A stretch of 64,000 nucleotides of DNA from the NCBI RefSeq assembly GCF_009914755.1, contig NC_060926.1; one strand, given 5' to 3'. This stretch comes from the human T2T-CHM13v2.0 reference genome, Homo sapiens. The notes below the pieces were generated by a model. That model worked only from the letters and a program-made list of their open reading frames with translations, had not been told where the DNA came from and searched no databases. This document shows, piece after piece, positions 29,718-43,046 of the stretch. Position 1 is the first letter of the stretch. Every line of letters begins with the position of its first letter. The translations under genes and the position numbers were made by a program.

Positions 29718-30077
29718 TGTAATAGTCTGTTCTTACCCTGCAAATAAAGACATACCTGAGATGGGGTAATTTATAAAGAAAAGAGGTTTAATGGATTCAC
29801 ACTTCCACATGTCTGGGGAGGCCTCAAAATCATGGCAGAAGATAAAGAGTAAAGGGACATCTTACTTGGTGGCAGGCAAGACAGAGAGTGTTCAAAGGAA
29901 CTCCCCTTTATAAAACCATCAGATCTCATGAGACTTATTCACTATTATGAGAACAGCATGGGAAAGCCCCACCTCCATGATTCAATTACCTCCCACAGGG
30001 TCCCTCCCATGGGGAGGGAATTATGGGAGCTACAATTCAAGATGAGATTTGGGTAGGGACACAGCCAAACTGTATCA
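29718..30077 (-). mobile_element. THE1B-like solo LTR
   Basis: tgtaatagtctgttc...ggaactccccttt...acagccaaactgtatca. Confidence 0.92.
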
Positions 30078-31875
30078 GTTTTTAAACAGTTTTACTATGA
30101 TGTGGTTAAGCATTATTTCTCTGTATTTTTCCTAGTAAGACTCTTAAACTCTATTTTGATTTTTTTTTAAATCAGTTTTAAAACATCCTTGGTCTTTATC
30201 TCACTGCTATTGCTTTTGGCCATTCTCTCTATTCTCTCTTACTGAGACCCCAATTTCACTTTGGATATGTTCCACATTTTATTACCCTCTCTTCTGTGTG
30301 CTTTCTTTTTCTTCTATAATTTCTTTGGTATTCAGTTTGGGTACTTAATACTTCCCTGACTTCCAGATCGCATTTTCCTTCCTATTGTTGTATTTAATAT
30401 GCTATTACATTTATTCATTGAGGTTGTGTATTTCAGATATATTTTTTGGATTGAGATGATCACTTAAATATTTTATACAGATTTTAATTATGTGGTAATC
30501 ATTTAGCATCTGTTACATCTTTATCTTTTGCAATATTGTTGAATATATTATTCACAGTTTATTCTTTATTTTTAATTCCAGTGTATTGATCATGTTGAGG
30601 ACAGCTTCAGTTGTTTCTTTTTGTTTTTCTCCCTTATTTTCTTTTTGTCATATAATCTTGCCTCTTTGCATGTTTAGTCATTTCTAGTTATATTTTGGAC
30701 TATGTATTAGAGATCTTTGGAAGCTCTGGTGATGGTGAAATTTAACCACTTGTTTGGTAGATATCATCATGGGAGCCTGCCACCTCATCAAGTCAGGGAG
30801 TTAGTTGGTCAAGTGTGGGTTTCAGGTTTTTGAAGACTCTGAGTCCCCCTGTTTCTGAGGCACGATGTTCCAGCTTTTCAACTGGCAGGCTGGCCAGTGT
30901 TGATCATCCCAAGCCCCCAAACTAAGAAAGAGTCAGTTATTTTTCACAGATGAGTTTGTTTGTTTGGTCACAAACAGCATCTAATTTGGTAAATGTCTTG
31001 GTAAAGACATGTCTATTGCCAAGAGAACTCTAGTTCTTGCCTGGTTTCTCTCTCCTTCAGAAATAGCCTTTTGCCACAGGCCATTGCTGGCTCCTATATT
31101 CTCATTTTCTGGACATCCGTGAGCAGCAGGTGCCCCAGTTCAGTCTTAGTTTTGGATCTTTCCTGTTGGTTCAGTGCCCCCTAGGGCTTTTGCCTCATAG
31201 GTGTTTTATGTTCAGAACTTCCCTTGGAGCCTCATGGTATCTGGATGCTGTGAGAGCATGGAAAATCTCAGGCTGTTTTTGAAGCTCCCAGCCTAGCCCT
31301 TCAGCCCCTGTGCAGCCTCAGGATATAGCACACGTCTCTTAGTGAAAACCAGCTGCGTATTTGAGGCTCCCCAATTTGTTATTCCAGACCTGCTCGGTCA
31401 TTAAACTACTGCTGGTTCCTCTTTCCCCTGAAAACAGCCTTCTACTAGGCCAAACCAGAAACAACAGCCATGCTCAGAACTGGCAAATGTCTCCGGGGGG
31501 AAAACAGCTGGTATCGTGAGTTCGTTTCTGAGTGGGTCTCCCTCCACAGAAATCTTGATCCATGAACTCCTCATTGTTTTCATAGACCTCTAAATGCCGT
31601 TACCATGTTTTAAAAATTTATCTCCTTTTTCCCTGTGTATCATCATGTCCTTTCACCTTGCTTTGACCTTCAACATCTGATTGGGAAGCACGTATTTTAG
31701 GCCATTTTTTAAAAAAATGAGATGTAAAAAAATCGTTTAGAGAAAAGGGGATAAAAGTGATTCATCTGAAACTAAGAAATGCTTGAAAACGTTGGTGATA
31801 TTGTCTGTGAGTAGTGGAAATCCAGGGAGCTGTGAGCGTCTGCCTGCAAAGGTGTGAGATGCTCACGTGGCTAAG

Positions 31876-31978
31876 GGGCTTTCTGTGCATGGCTTCACAT
31901 GATGAGAAGATGCTAGAAACGTGGCATAGGGTCTAGGGCTTTCTGTGTATGGCTTCACATAATGAGAAGATGCTAGAA
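31876..31978. repeat. 43-nt direct duplication with 60-nt period
   Basis: gggctttctgtg(c/t)atggcttcacat(g/a)atgagaagatgctagaa at 31876 and 31936; two mismatches. Confidence 0.9.
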
Positions 31979-32789
31979 GACAGATTTCAGGTCAAAGCAG
32001 GAGGAATTTTCTTCGAAATCTCATTGCTATGAGAAAATGAAACGAATTCCCAGAGGTGACGGTTTTCTCTTGTTGGAGTCAAGTAAGCAGAGTTTGTGAT
32101 AAGTGTTGGGAAGAGGCTGTTTTGTGGTTGGACTCATATGATTTGTCTGATCTTGTGATTTTATTAATTCTCTATTTTCTCCCTGTAACATAATTGATTT
32201 CTGTTTATACAGTAGTAATCATAATTATTACACATATGGCATACAGGAAGTTTTTCTGGGCTCCAATACCTTTGGTTAGTTATTTATCTCAAAGCAATTA
32301 GTTCTTTCTTCACCAAACATATTCTGCAGTTATATTTCTGTTCAGGTCTCCAATTAAAAAGAAATACCACTGCCTGAACCTACATTGATAATGATATATA
32401 CATTCTTCTTCTTATATAAAAGCATTCTTCTAGAATCCAAGTTCACTCTTAGTAGTTAAGTACCTACTGGGAGGACAGGAAAGCGGTGGTATATTTTCAC
32501 ACTACAGTTACTGATACGGCAAAATTACGCTGTTTCCTGGAGTAGGTTGTCATGTTTATCGTAACTAATATATGCATTTATAATTTTCAAAATAACTTAT
32601 GCCTGGAAAAATTGCTCATTGGTTGTATTTTAAAATAATCAATGTGTTTTCTCAATGCAGCCATAAGAGCTGATATTGGCCCTATATTAATCACAATCTC
32701 TGCATAATGTTTTGTTTAATGTAAACTCATTTAAGATATAACAATAATATAACAATAATAACAGTGATATTAATAAATAGTAATAACAA

Positions 32790-33010
32790 CAGCTTTATAC
32801 TTTCCAACGTTTGTTATCTGTAATATTAGATTATTATTGCATAAGTCTGAGAGTCAGGGGGAACAATCAATAAAAGTTCAGTTTTATACAGAAGGAACTG
32901 AGGTCCAGGATTGTTAACTGATTTGTTCAATATCACACACCTTGGAGAAAACTTGTAAGAAAGAATCAGGTTTTCTTGCCCCCAGTCTTTTTGTCCTTCA
33001 GTAACACCAG
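32790..33010 (-). mobile_element. MIR
   Basis: ttttatacagaaggaactgaggtccagg...gatttgttcaatatcacacac. Confidence 0.7.
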
Positions 33011-34019
33011 AATGTTTCCCATAAACTCTGCAATACACAGGTCTTCAGGATCAAATTACTTTTTTTGTGAATTGATCTTTCTGCAAAGTTACTCACCATC
33101 TCTTGGCCCTAAATCATTATCTTGAGTCCTTTTTTAGACTTACCAGAAAGAGGTGGAGATCATCTCTACAAAGAGTTGCTCTGGAAGAAAATTTCTACAT
33201 CTGCCGTTGAAGAAAGTAGTTCAGCTGGCTGCCTCTGTTTATTCACTTTTGTTTTAAGGAAAAATATCTGGGGAGTTTTAATGAGCAGCAAGAGTTTATT
33301 TTACTCCCTTCCTAGAAAATTTGGGCTTTCAGTGATATTGTGACCTAAATGTGATAATTCTTAACAGATAAGAGCTCTCCCTGTCTGTTTTGTCTACGCC
33401 TCAACTAACTTCTCTAGTGGGAACTTTGAGAATGAAAAGGGGCTACAGACAGAAGTTACTGTGAAAGTGACTAGATCTCCCATTCTGGGGATATTTCCAT
33501 TGCATCATCCCAGTACTTCAGGGACTTGGAGTGTGGGATGGCACTTATGTGTCTCCAAGAGCTATCCTGGCTCTAGTCTTCCAACCAGCAGTTGTCTATA
33601 CTTAATATTTTCCATGTTTCCAACTAGTATGCAGCGTGCCTGAGTTCTGGCTATATGTGAAGATTCTGGAGATTTATCTTTGAAAGAGATATTAATCAAG
33701 TCCTTGGTTTCTGAAATAATGAGGTGTTTCAAATCCATTTGCAGGATTTTAGTCATGTGAGCAGCAGCCAATATATTCTCAGCACTGAAATCTGTCATTT
33801 TAGCAACTAATAAATGAATCTGAAGTATATATTAGAGATGTTGTTAAGAAACATGTTGAATTTATGGCATTTATCAATTTGTTGACACAATAAACCCTAA
33901 ACCTATAGGGTACGTATACGTTTGCCAAGGTGAGAAGCTAGTACAGGAAGCAAGGCTAAGACAGGTATAGGGCCTGGGTCAGAGAGTAGATTTCACTCTG
34001 ACAATAATGTTAATAGTGT

Positions 34020-34200
34020 CATGCCCTGTGCTAACCACTTTACACAACCGATTTCATTTTCATGGGAGTTATGCCTACTTGTTCCATCAATTTACAGATG
34101 ATAATATTAAATCTAGAATAATTGTTATGTGGTAGAACAGCTAATAGAATTGGGAAGTGTTGGTTTGAACATAGGTCTGTCTGTATTCCTCCAGAAAAGG
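34020..34200 (-). mobile_element. MIR
   Basis: ctgtgctaaccactttaca...tttacagatgataa...ggtttgaacataggtctgtctg. Confidence 0.65.
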
Positions 34201-35834
34201 TAAGTACCTTAATATGCTGCGTTTCAAAGATGTCCCACAGAAAGGGTCTAATTAATATCAATAAGAATACCATTTTATCCAGCCTTCAGGGTTTAATAGC
34301 CAGCAGGACACCTGTGTTCAAAGAGAATGGACGGAATCATATCCACTGCGTTTACCTGAACAGGTACCTCTGCTAGGAGAAACCCTGTGTGATCCATGAG
34401 GTTCCACAACCTCTTAACAGAATTGTTTACAAATGGCTGGAATTCAGGGTCAGGGAATATTTTGACCTCAGTACCATTCAAGGCTCCTTTTCATGTGGTT
34501 CCGGTATCTTTGCTGCTTTCAGGGATGCAAGCAAATGCTTCAGCTGGGAGTTGCCTCCACAGTGGTAGTATTTTAAGTATTTCTGTGTTGTAAAATCATG
34601 AGACACACTTCTTTTATTGTCTTCTACTGAAATTCTATGTGCGTTATTTAAATAACACACAGACATTTAAATTTGATTAGCTTAATTTGGAAAACAAACT
34701 TTTCTTATTACTATTGTATGACCTGAAGCCAGGTTGATGACTTCTTTAAGCTACAGTTGCCCGCTTTGTAAAATAAGGTTACAATTGAAGGTAAAAATGA
34801 CCTATAAACAGAGAATTGTAATACTTACAATAATAGAGATAACCTATGCATAAGGACAGAATTTTGTTTCTGTAATTTAGAAAATACTTATAAATGTAAT
34901 TTCCCTATTGCCCATTCAATATGACAAAATCTGAAGCGTTGTAAATGGTTTTCATTTTGCAGGTTTGTTATATGTATGTATACACACAGACCAACAAATC
35001 ACAAGAAATGGTCACGTTAGAATTTGAGAAAAACAGAAAAAATGTGGCATCTTTCAAAAAGGAATTTTAATTCCTTGCCTTCAGAATAAAAATCTAAATA
35101 GGTCATGTGCGCTGGCTTCACAATGACAAAGACAAGTAACACAGGAATCACATGGAGGTTTGTGTGGTTGAATGGGGTGGAAAAGAGCAATCAGAACATC
35201 TGCAGTTAGAATCCCAGCACTGACCGGCATCTCGCAGGGCTGGTCGGGATATGCTTGTCCAACAGTACAATGTGAGGAAGGAACAAGTGTTCTTAGCCTC
35301 CAGAATGCCACGGCAGTGGGACCCATTTCCTCAAGGAACAAATCCAGAAGTAGGTGGGGCTGGGTGGTTGCCTTATTATGAATAAGCTGCTTGAGGCAGT
35401 GGCCAGGGTGAAGGAAAGAGAAAGGGTTAAATTTGAAACCAGTCAACTAGTCTTTTGTGAACTTGATCTTGATTACCAATACAGAAACAGATAATTAGAG
35501 GCACCATTCCCATTTTAATCCCTGTAAAATTCTATTACACACAGAACTCAACTATTGGCATTATTTCATGCCTCAACAAAGCCAGGGCATTAAAGGACAG
35601 GCTTAAATGCTCAGCCTGTATTTTAGAAGCGGTTTCTGCCAGATGTTATTTGACAGTCATTTGCAAAATTGCCTTTAGTCTTAACTATTGCACTTGGTTA
35701 TTTTTTGATACATCACTTTTTTTGATAATGGCTGATACTTTTTTTTTCTTCCAGGCCTTTTAAAATGCAAGTCAGTTCTTTACAGAGCAATTTAACACAA
35801 ATTTTGTAAAGCAATTAATACTAAGTCACATGTA

Positions 35835-35914
35835 TTATGTTGGTGCAAAAGTAATTATGGTTTTTGCCATTACTTTTAGTGGCAAAAATCGCAATTATTT
35901 TCGCACCAACCTAA
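35835..35914. mobile_element. MADE1 (Hsmar1-derived 80-bp MITE)
   Basis: ttatgttggtgcaaaagtaatt...aattattttcgcaccaacctaa; 80-bp palindrome with TA TSDs. Confidence 0.97.
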
Positions 35915-37275
35915 TAGTTCAAGAACATTTTATACCACTAATTTTCAGGGTTGTGTTGCTATCTGTTTCTCCTGAAACCAAAACTCAGACTGCTGCTGCC
36001 CCTTCTGTCCCCTTGGTTCACTATGTTGCCATGTTTCTGCATGCCATTTCTTAGCACAGGGATTAACTAGAACAACCAGGCTGTGTTTAAACAAGTCGGT
36101 TATTTTAATTACATGGTTGGAGACATAGGCTCCTCACTGAGAAAGAAGATAGTTATTTGCTAATTTGCTAAAGATTTCAGAAAAAATATGTGTTTTATGA
36201 TTTTTACCTATATAACATTACTGAGTTCTCACAAAGTTTTAAATAATGGTACTGGATTTATTGATTTTTCTATAATAGAAATTATCTATAAGTTAATGCA
36301 GTTGTTTATAAATTGTTTGACCTCTAGGTAGAATTTAGAATTTCTATGCCTGTCTTTTTGCCTTTGTACAGTTTAACTGGAATGAATCTAAGAACTCATA
36401 TCCTTCTATCTGTGCTTTGTAGAGTGTGAGCATGTAGTAAGTATCCATTCATTTGAAATAGAGAGTAAGCTATCTGTTACTTAGATGCAATGTCAATCAA
36501 AATAAAATTTTGGGCCATTAAAAAATAGGTTTCTGAAAAATGTTGAGTCTTGACATTCTGTTTTTTGAAGCAAGAGAAAACCATTGTGATTTTGTGTAGT
36601 TTCCAAACTTTTCTTTTGACTGTGGATTCTTTTTTGTGACGTTGGCATGAATGGATAAAAGAAGAGATATCTCAACTAAAGAATAAGGTCCCCAGAGTTT
36701 TGAGGCAGAGTGAGCCCTGAGGGTGGCATGGCTGACGGTTTAATATCCATGTTCTTACCCCAGCACTCCACTTCATAGATGAGCATGCTACAGCCAGAGA
36801 GGAAACACTCTCTCCCTCAGGTACCCTTGATCTTGTTAGGATCTGAGTACCTTTCCTCTCCACTGTCCTGGGTGTTTCTTGGTCACCCTGGCCTTGATAC
36901 GCTCTTTCCGCCTTGAGTGCCTGAGTCCTTCATGCATCCTCACTTTCCAAATCTACACCAGGAATCCCTACTCCATTGGAGGGAGCTGCCTATCATGCTT
37001 AGATAGTGAAAATCCAGTCACTGGAGAAGGCTCGGTACTCTGTAAATTCAGCCTTTGCTAGGGAATGCAGTACTGAGTGGAGCTTTGCTGAAAATAATGG
37101 GAATAAGAAACACATCTTACTTGTTTTGTGGCATAATCTGATTAGATTTCTCTTACCATCAAATGCTGTGGTTGGGTTGTTTTGTTGTTCTAAAGTCACT
37201 GAAGAACTCATACATTGGTATCTTGTCCCAAAATGACAAAATCAACATCATTATATGTGTCTGACTCTGTGCTGT

Positions 37276-37348
37276 TTATATATGCATATATATATATATG
37301 CATGTATATATATATATACACACACGCACACACATATATATGCATATG
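37276..37348. repeat. (TA)/(CA)/(TGCA) compound microsatellite
   Basis: Direct inspection. Confidence 0.9.
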
Positions 37349-37380
37349 GATTTAGTATTACCCTGTGAAGTTACTAGTAC

Positions 37381-37834
37381 TGTATGGGCTATTTAATTTT
37401 GCCCCCTCAGGTGCATGCTGTGCCCCACCCTACCCTGCTCCATGTCCAGTAAGATGGCCTCTATAGAATGCATTGTTCAGGCTCCCTTGGCTGAGTTCTG
37501 CTCCCTTCTCTTAATGAAGGCTCTGGCCACATTCACAGGGCAGAGGCCACATGGTTCTGGCAGCGTGTGCTTTACCAGTGGCCTCAGCTGCTGTCTAGGT
37601 GCCTTCCTCCAGGACCCCTGCTCTCCTTGTGTTCCAGTAATGTATTTCCTCCCCTTTCCCTGTCCATCTTCCCAATGTTGGTAGGCCGTTAGTGCCCAAC
37701 TTCAACTTTTCATGTTCCTAAACTTCTGTAACAGCTCCATATCCACTTCCTCTATCAAAAAGTATTTAATGAAATCGTTCCATCTGAGTCTTCCGTCTGT
37801 GCCATTTGCTTTCCCCAGAATCCTGATGGATATG
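37381..37834 (+). mobile_element. LTR33-like ERVL LTR
   Basis: tttgccccctcag...ccaccctaccctgctc...ggctcccttg; end gtgccatttgctttcccca...cctgatggata. Confidence 0.65.
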
Positions 37835-39161
37835 GCACCATCTTTTCTATTTTACTTCATAGGATTTGCCATGAAGTTGAACTTCAGGGTCCCTCATTTA
37901 TGTGGAACCTTCCAAGGCTCTCAGTAGGATCCCCTGTGTTCCCATTGCCATAGGACTGTGTGAAATTCACAAAGAAAATGTGCCTCTGCATAGAGGACCT
38001 TTGTCTTTTTGGACTCCAGCTTCCTCTGGGTTGCCCCTTCTTGGGCTGATTTGCACTGGAATGGCTGTGGACATTTTAGAGATTTGGGTCCGGGTTGGTT
38101 TGGGGATAGGTTTTGTTTGAGTTTAGTGAGGTGTGTTTATGTGGCTGTATTCATTGTGCAGAATTAAGGTGTTGCTGACCTTCCAGAGTAGGAATACCTT
38201 CCAGGATGTTCCTATTACCTCCTGTATCAACTCAAATAGAGGTTTTTTTTTTTTTTTTTTTAAATAAAAACACAGTCCAATCCACCTAGCACCAGATATA
38301 TGAAGCTTGTAGAGGAGAAACAAGGTTTGAAAAAAAGAAACCCAGAAATGTGTCTGTGGAAACTTCTAAGCAGAAAGATTTAGTGCTTATCAACACCTAG
38401 TCAACATGCAAATGCTCAGCCCATCCCTACCCAACTGTGTAATGCATCAGATGCAGTTTAAACAATACCACTTTTTATAAAGATTCTGCAAACTAGAATA
38501 TATCAGAATTCTTATGTTTATAGAGAAAGAGCAGTTACTAGTATTAAACACAGAAAGAACTTTCAAATAAGTTTCTTAGGTTTGACTAAAATCCGAAACT
38601 TTTACATGACATTAAGAAAAATGAAATATGAAGCAGGAGGAAGTGTTACTAAACTATGAACAAACAATGTAGTCAATCTACGAAGAGTGAATTATCTACA
38701 GAGGTAATACCAAACAAATTTTCTTTTCATTCTTTATGTAGTACTTAACTATAGAAAATATTATAAACTTATTTTCACAGGAAAAGACATTCAAACACTA
38801 TTCAACCAAAATGCATAGGAGCAAAAGTATTATAGACGTGAATCAGGTGCCTAATTAGTAAAAAAAAAGTTTCTCTATTTGTATTTGTGATTTTTCTAAA
38901 GTTTTTAAACATTTATAATTCATTGTGGTTTCTTTTTTCATTCAAAATAAGTATTTACATTTGTACTGAATTTAGTATTGATAACTTTGTTTTCTTTTTT
39001 CAAAGGTGATCCCTAAAACTCTTTGAGAACTATCAACTCAAAACTGCACTCTTAAGCACTTTGTAACACAATCCTATTATTACTCACTAGCAGAGCAGGG
39101 TTTCACAGTTTTGTCTTTATTCTAAAGCATATGATTTTTGTAGTATAATACTCAACATTTC

Positions 39162-39615
39162 TGTCTCAGGTTGCAGCCCTCAGGAAATAGACGTTAATAT
39201 AAAAATTTGCATACAAATACTTTATTTGGGAGGTCATCCTAGGAAACACTGGTTGGAGGGTAGGGAGGTAAAGCAAAGGATAGAGGGAGGGTACTGCTGC
39301 AGTCAGCAGGACTTCATTCTTCTTTGGACTCTGGGACAGTGCAGATTGTGTCCAGCAGTTCTCCTGCCCAGGGGTGAGGGGGCTGCAGTATTTATCCACC
39401 ATCCCCCATTTGTTATTTGTCAATGGTGGCTGCTCCCAGGGCATTGATTTCAGAGCATTTTTAGACTATGTTGTCTGGGCCAGGAAGGCTCCAGTGGCCA
39501 AAACAGCTCTTGGGCGGCAGCTAGGCTTGCATTTGAAACAGCAGGAAAAGGGGTGTGTTGCAGGGAATGGTGATGCCAAGAGGTTATGGAGAAAGTGCTG
39601 ATAACTCCCTACTGC
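39162..39615 (-). mobile_element. LTR16-like ERVL LTR
   Basis: tttatttgggaggtcatcctaggaaacactg; gggggctgcagtatttatccacca. Confidence 0.7.
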
Positions 39616-40653
39616 AGTTCCCAAAGAGGAGGCTTGACTTGCGCTTATTTTTGTTTTCCATTTTAGTTCTGTTTTGGATTATAATAATGCCTGGTGTTAT
39701 TTTGCAATTTTAACTTGAGAAAGCATTGTCATATACCATATGTTTTAAGGGAAAAAATGATCTTCGGCCTTACGATAATTGTCCCTTTTTCTTTTTTAGT
39801 GTGTGTGTTTTGTTGGTTTATTTCTTATATAGAATCAAATTAGATATTGCTGATGATACTTATTCAGGGGCTCTACTACCCAATTTCACCACAGTCCACA
39901 AAAAAAAACACACACACACAAATAGATTGGATACAGGTAGTCCTGGAATGCAAATAATATTTCCCCACTGCAAAATGAAGAGAAAATTGCATGGCCGTAA
40001 GCTTCCAAAGCTGCCAGGCCTTCACATTCTTCACACAAGTTTGCTATTACTAAAATTTCATGACTTGGAAAACATTGCTTTAGCCAATATCTGTGCCATT
40101 TGAGATAAATAGATGTATTTTATCTGCAATATAAATTCCAATATGTCATGTTTGAATTACGTTTGAATCCATCACGATAGGCATCATTTCTGTAACCAGC
40201 AATATGCAATTATCTGATAACTTGTTATTTTAAGATAAATATTTTAAGTGGATACTTGAAAAGAAGCTCAAATACATGCTGGGAAATTGATTTTTTAAAA
40301 ACATTTTAATTCAACAAGAATGAAGTGAGCTGTTCTCCTAAGTCAATAGGGAAACCATCACAGCCTCTCTGCATGGTGCTTATGGTAGGCTAGGTAACTA
40401 TTTTTCTAGCTTTTTAAAATTTTAATATATATGATTACTGGTTAAAATGCTTCCTTTTAAGTTTTTTAAAAAATGATTTTCCTGTGTTAACAAGTAGGAC
40501 CTTTGCTTTGGAAAACTGCTGGATGAAGCACGTTCTTGATCAAAAGTGTTCCATCTGGATCTTAACAGAGAATTTTCAGATACATTTAGTCAGGAGAATT
40601 GAGTGATCTTTTATTCACAGTTAAACCCATTTAGTATTTATAACTTTTCTCTT

Positions 40654-41397
40654 TTTTAATTTTTTATTATACTTTAAGTTCTAGGGTACATGTGCACAAC
40701 GTGCAGATTTGTTACATATGTATACATGCGCCGTATTGGTGTGCTGCACCCATTAACTCGTCATTTACATTAGGTGTATCTCCTAATGCTATCCCTCCCC
40801 CCTCCCCCCACCCCACGACAGGCCCAGGTGTGTGATGTTCCCCTTCCTGTGTCCAAGTGTTCTCATTGTTCAATTCCCACCTATGAGTGAGAACATGTGG
40901 TGTTTGGTTTTTTGTCCTTGCGATAGTTTGCTGAGAATGATGGTTTCCAGCTTCATCCATGTCCCTACAAAGGACATGAACTCATCATTTTTTATGGCTG
41001 CATAGTATTCCATGGTGTATATGTGCCACATTTTCTTAATCCAGTCTATCACTGATGCACATTTGGACTGGTTCCAAGTCTTTGCTATTGTGAATAGTGC
41101 CACAATAAACATACGTGTGCATGTGTCTTTATAGCAGCATGACTTATAATCCTTTGGGTATATACCCAGTAATGGGATTGCTGAGTCAAATGGTATTTCT
41201 AGTCCTAGATCCTTGAGGAATTGCCACACTGTCTTCCACAATGGTTGAACTAGTTTGCAGTCCCATCAGTGTGCTGTATTCAGGAGACCCATCTCACGTG
41301 CAGAGACATACATAGGCTAAAAATAAAGGGATGGAGGAAGATCCACCAAGCAAATGGAAAACAAAAAAAAGGCACGGGTTGCAATCCTAGTCTCTGA
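40654..41397 (-). mobile_element. L1PA4/5-like 5'-truncated and 5'-inverted insertion
   Basis: 3' end on minus (40654-41265) joined to a plus-strand ORF2 endonuclease fragment (41262-41397); 15-nt TSD tataacttttctctt (40639-40653; 41398-41412). Confidence 0.95.
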
Positions 41398-42319
41398 TAT
41401 AACTTTTCTCTTATACAAAGACAACCCCTAAACTCTATGAAAAGAGAGTTCAATTTTTTTTCTAATGCATTTGCTTATGCGGGATGTGTGGGAGACTGAA
41501 CCTAACTGGGATTCTGGCAGGAAGGAAGAAATGAATTTAAAACAGACTGGTCGTGGGGAGCTGTATTTCATCTGTTCCCATACTTTTAGGTCTAGCATAG
41601 TGGCTGCTGCACAGCAGTTGCAAAGTACATGTTCACTGGGTAAATGAGTTCATCTCAATGACACTCCTAGGGCTCTGGGTATCAGCATCCTGCACTTCCT
41701 CTCCAGTGTAAAAGAGTGTTATGAAAACAAAGTAGATTTCTCTGAGGTCAATAGAATGGATTGAAGAAAGCACCATGCTAGGGCCCATAAAATGCTGTTG
41801 ATTGCCAATAGCTTTACCCCAGTGTCACTTCCTGCCCAAGCAATGCAGATGGGATGTTAGTTGTCTGATGTCCTCATACCATGATTTTGCTGGAAAGTTG
41901 AAAGATTTTCTTTTCATAAAGATTTATTTGTACAACAAATTCTTTCTTTGTAGACAATCGTGCTACCATATATTCTTATTTTTTCTCTCTCTTTTCTTCT
42001 CTCATTAAAACAGTGTAAAAAGCATTGACTTTTGTTTCAACCTTACCAGCCACCAAGTCTTCCATTCTCCCTGTGTTTAGTTACTGTGGAAGGTGAACAC
42101 TTTTAATCTCATTTCTGTGTCTTTGTTCCTTTGCTTGGAACCAATGCCCCATATCCTAAATACCTGCAGTACATCTGTTGGGATGAATCCAGTTCAAATA
42201 CTGTAATACTGCATGTCATAGAAAGAACAAATTGTTTGCTACTGTGTGCTATCATATGACTGTTTTGCAAGTCTATACATTGGACAGTAGATATTTGCTT
42301 AAGGTTGTTTCTCCTTGTC

Positions 42320-42425
42320 CTTAAAAGCAGGGAAATATATTACTCTTATTTGTACTCTTGGAATGATGTGTGGCACCGAATAGGTTCTCAAAGATACTTG
42401 CTAAATAAATAAATAAATAAATACT
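42320..42425 (+). mobile_element. L2 3' terminus
   Basis: gtggcaccgaataggttctcaaagatacttgctaaataaat(aaat)n. Confidence 0.6.
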
Positions 42426-42647
42426 TACTAAAATATAATGCAGCATGGAAACTAGAAATGGCCTCAAAGCCTGAAAGAAAGTGATTCAGTCTAATAGACA
42501 TACAAAAACCTAATGAATAAAAATGTAATGCATAGCACAATTATGTGACTTTTTAAGCAAATGGGGTAGTGCTTAAAATACTGGGCAGACGTGTGGAACT
42601 TCTGTGGTCTGATCATAATTGTGACCACTTTTCTTATTTTGAATTTA

Positions 42648-43046
<399 letters not shown>

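Larger units (their letters stand above)
28720..31620 (-). mobile_element. Cluster of old L1M fragments (mostly minus; short plus piece ~29060-29580), interrupted by two MaLR LTRs
   Basis: aaatggaatcctacagtatgtgttcttttgtgtttggcttc (3' end); ORF1/5'-like T-rich stretches 30080-31600. Confidence 0.6.
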
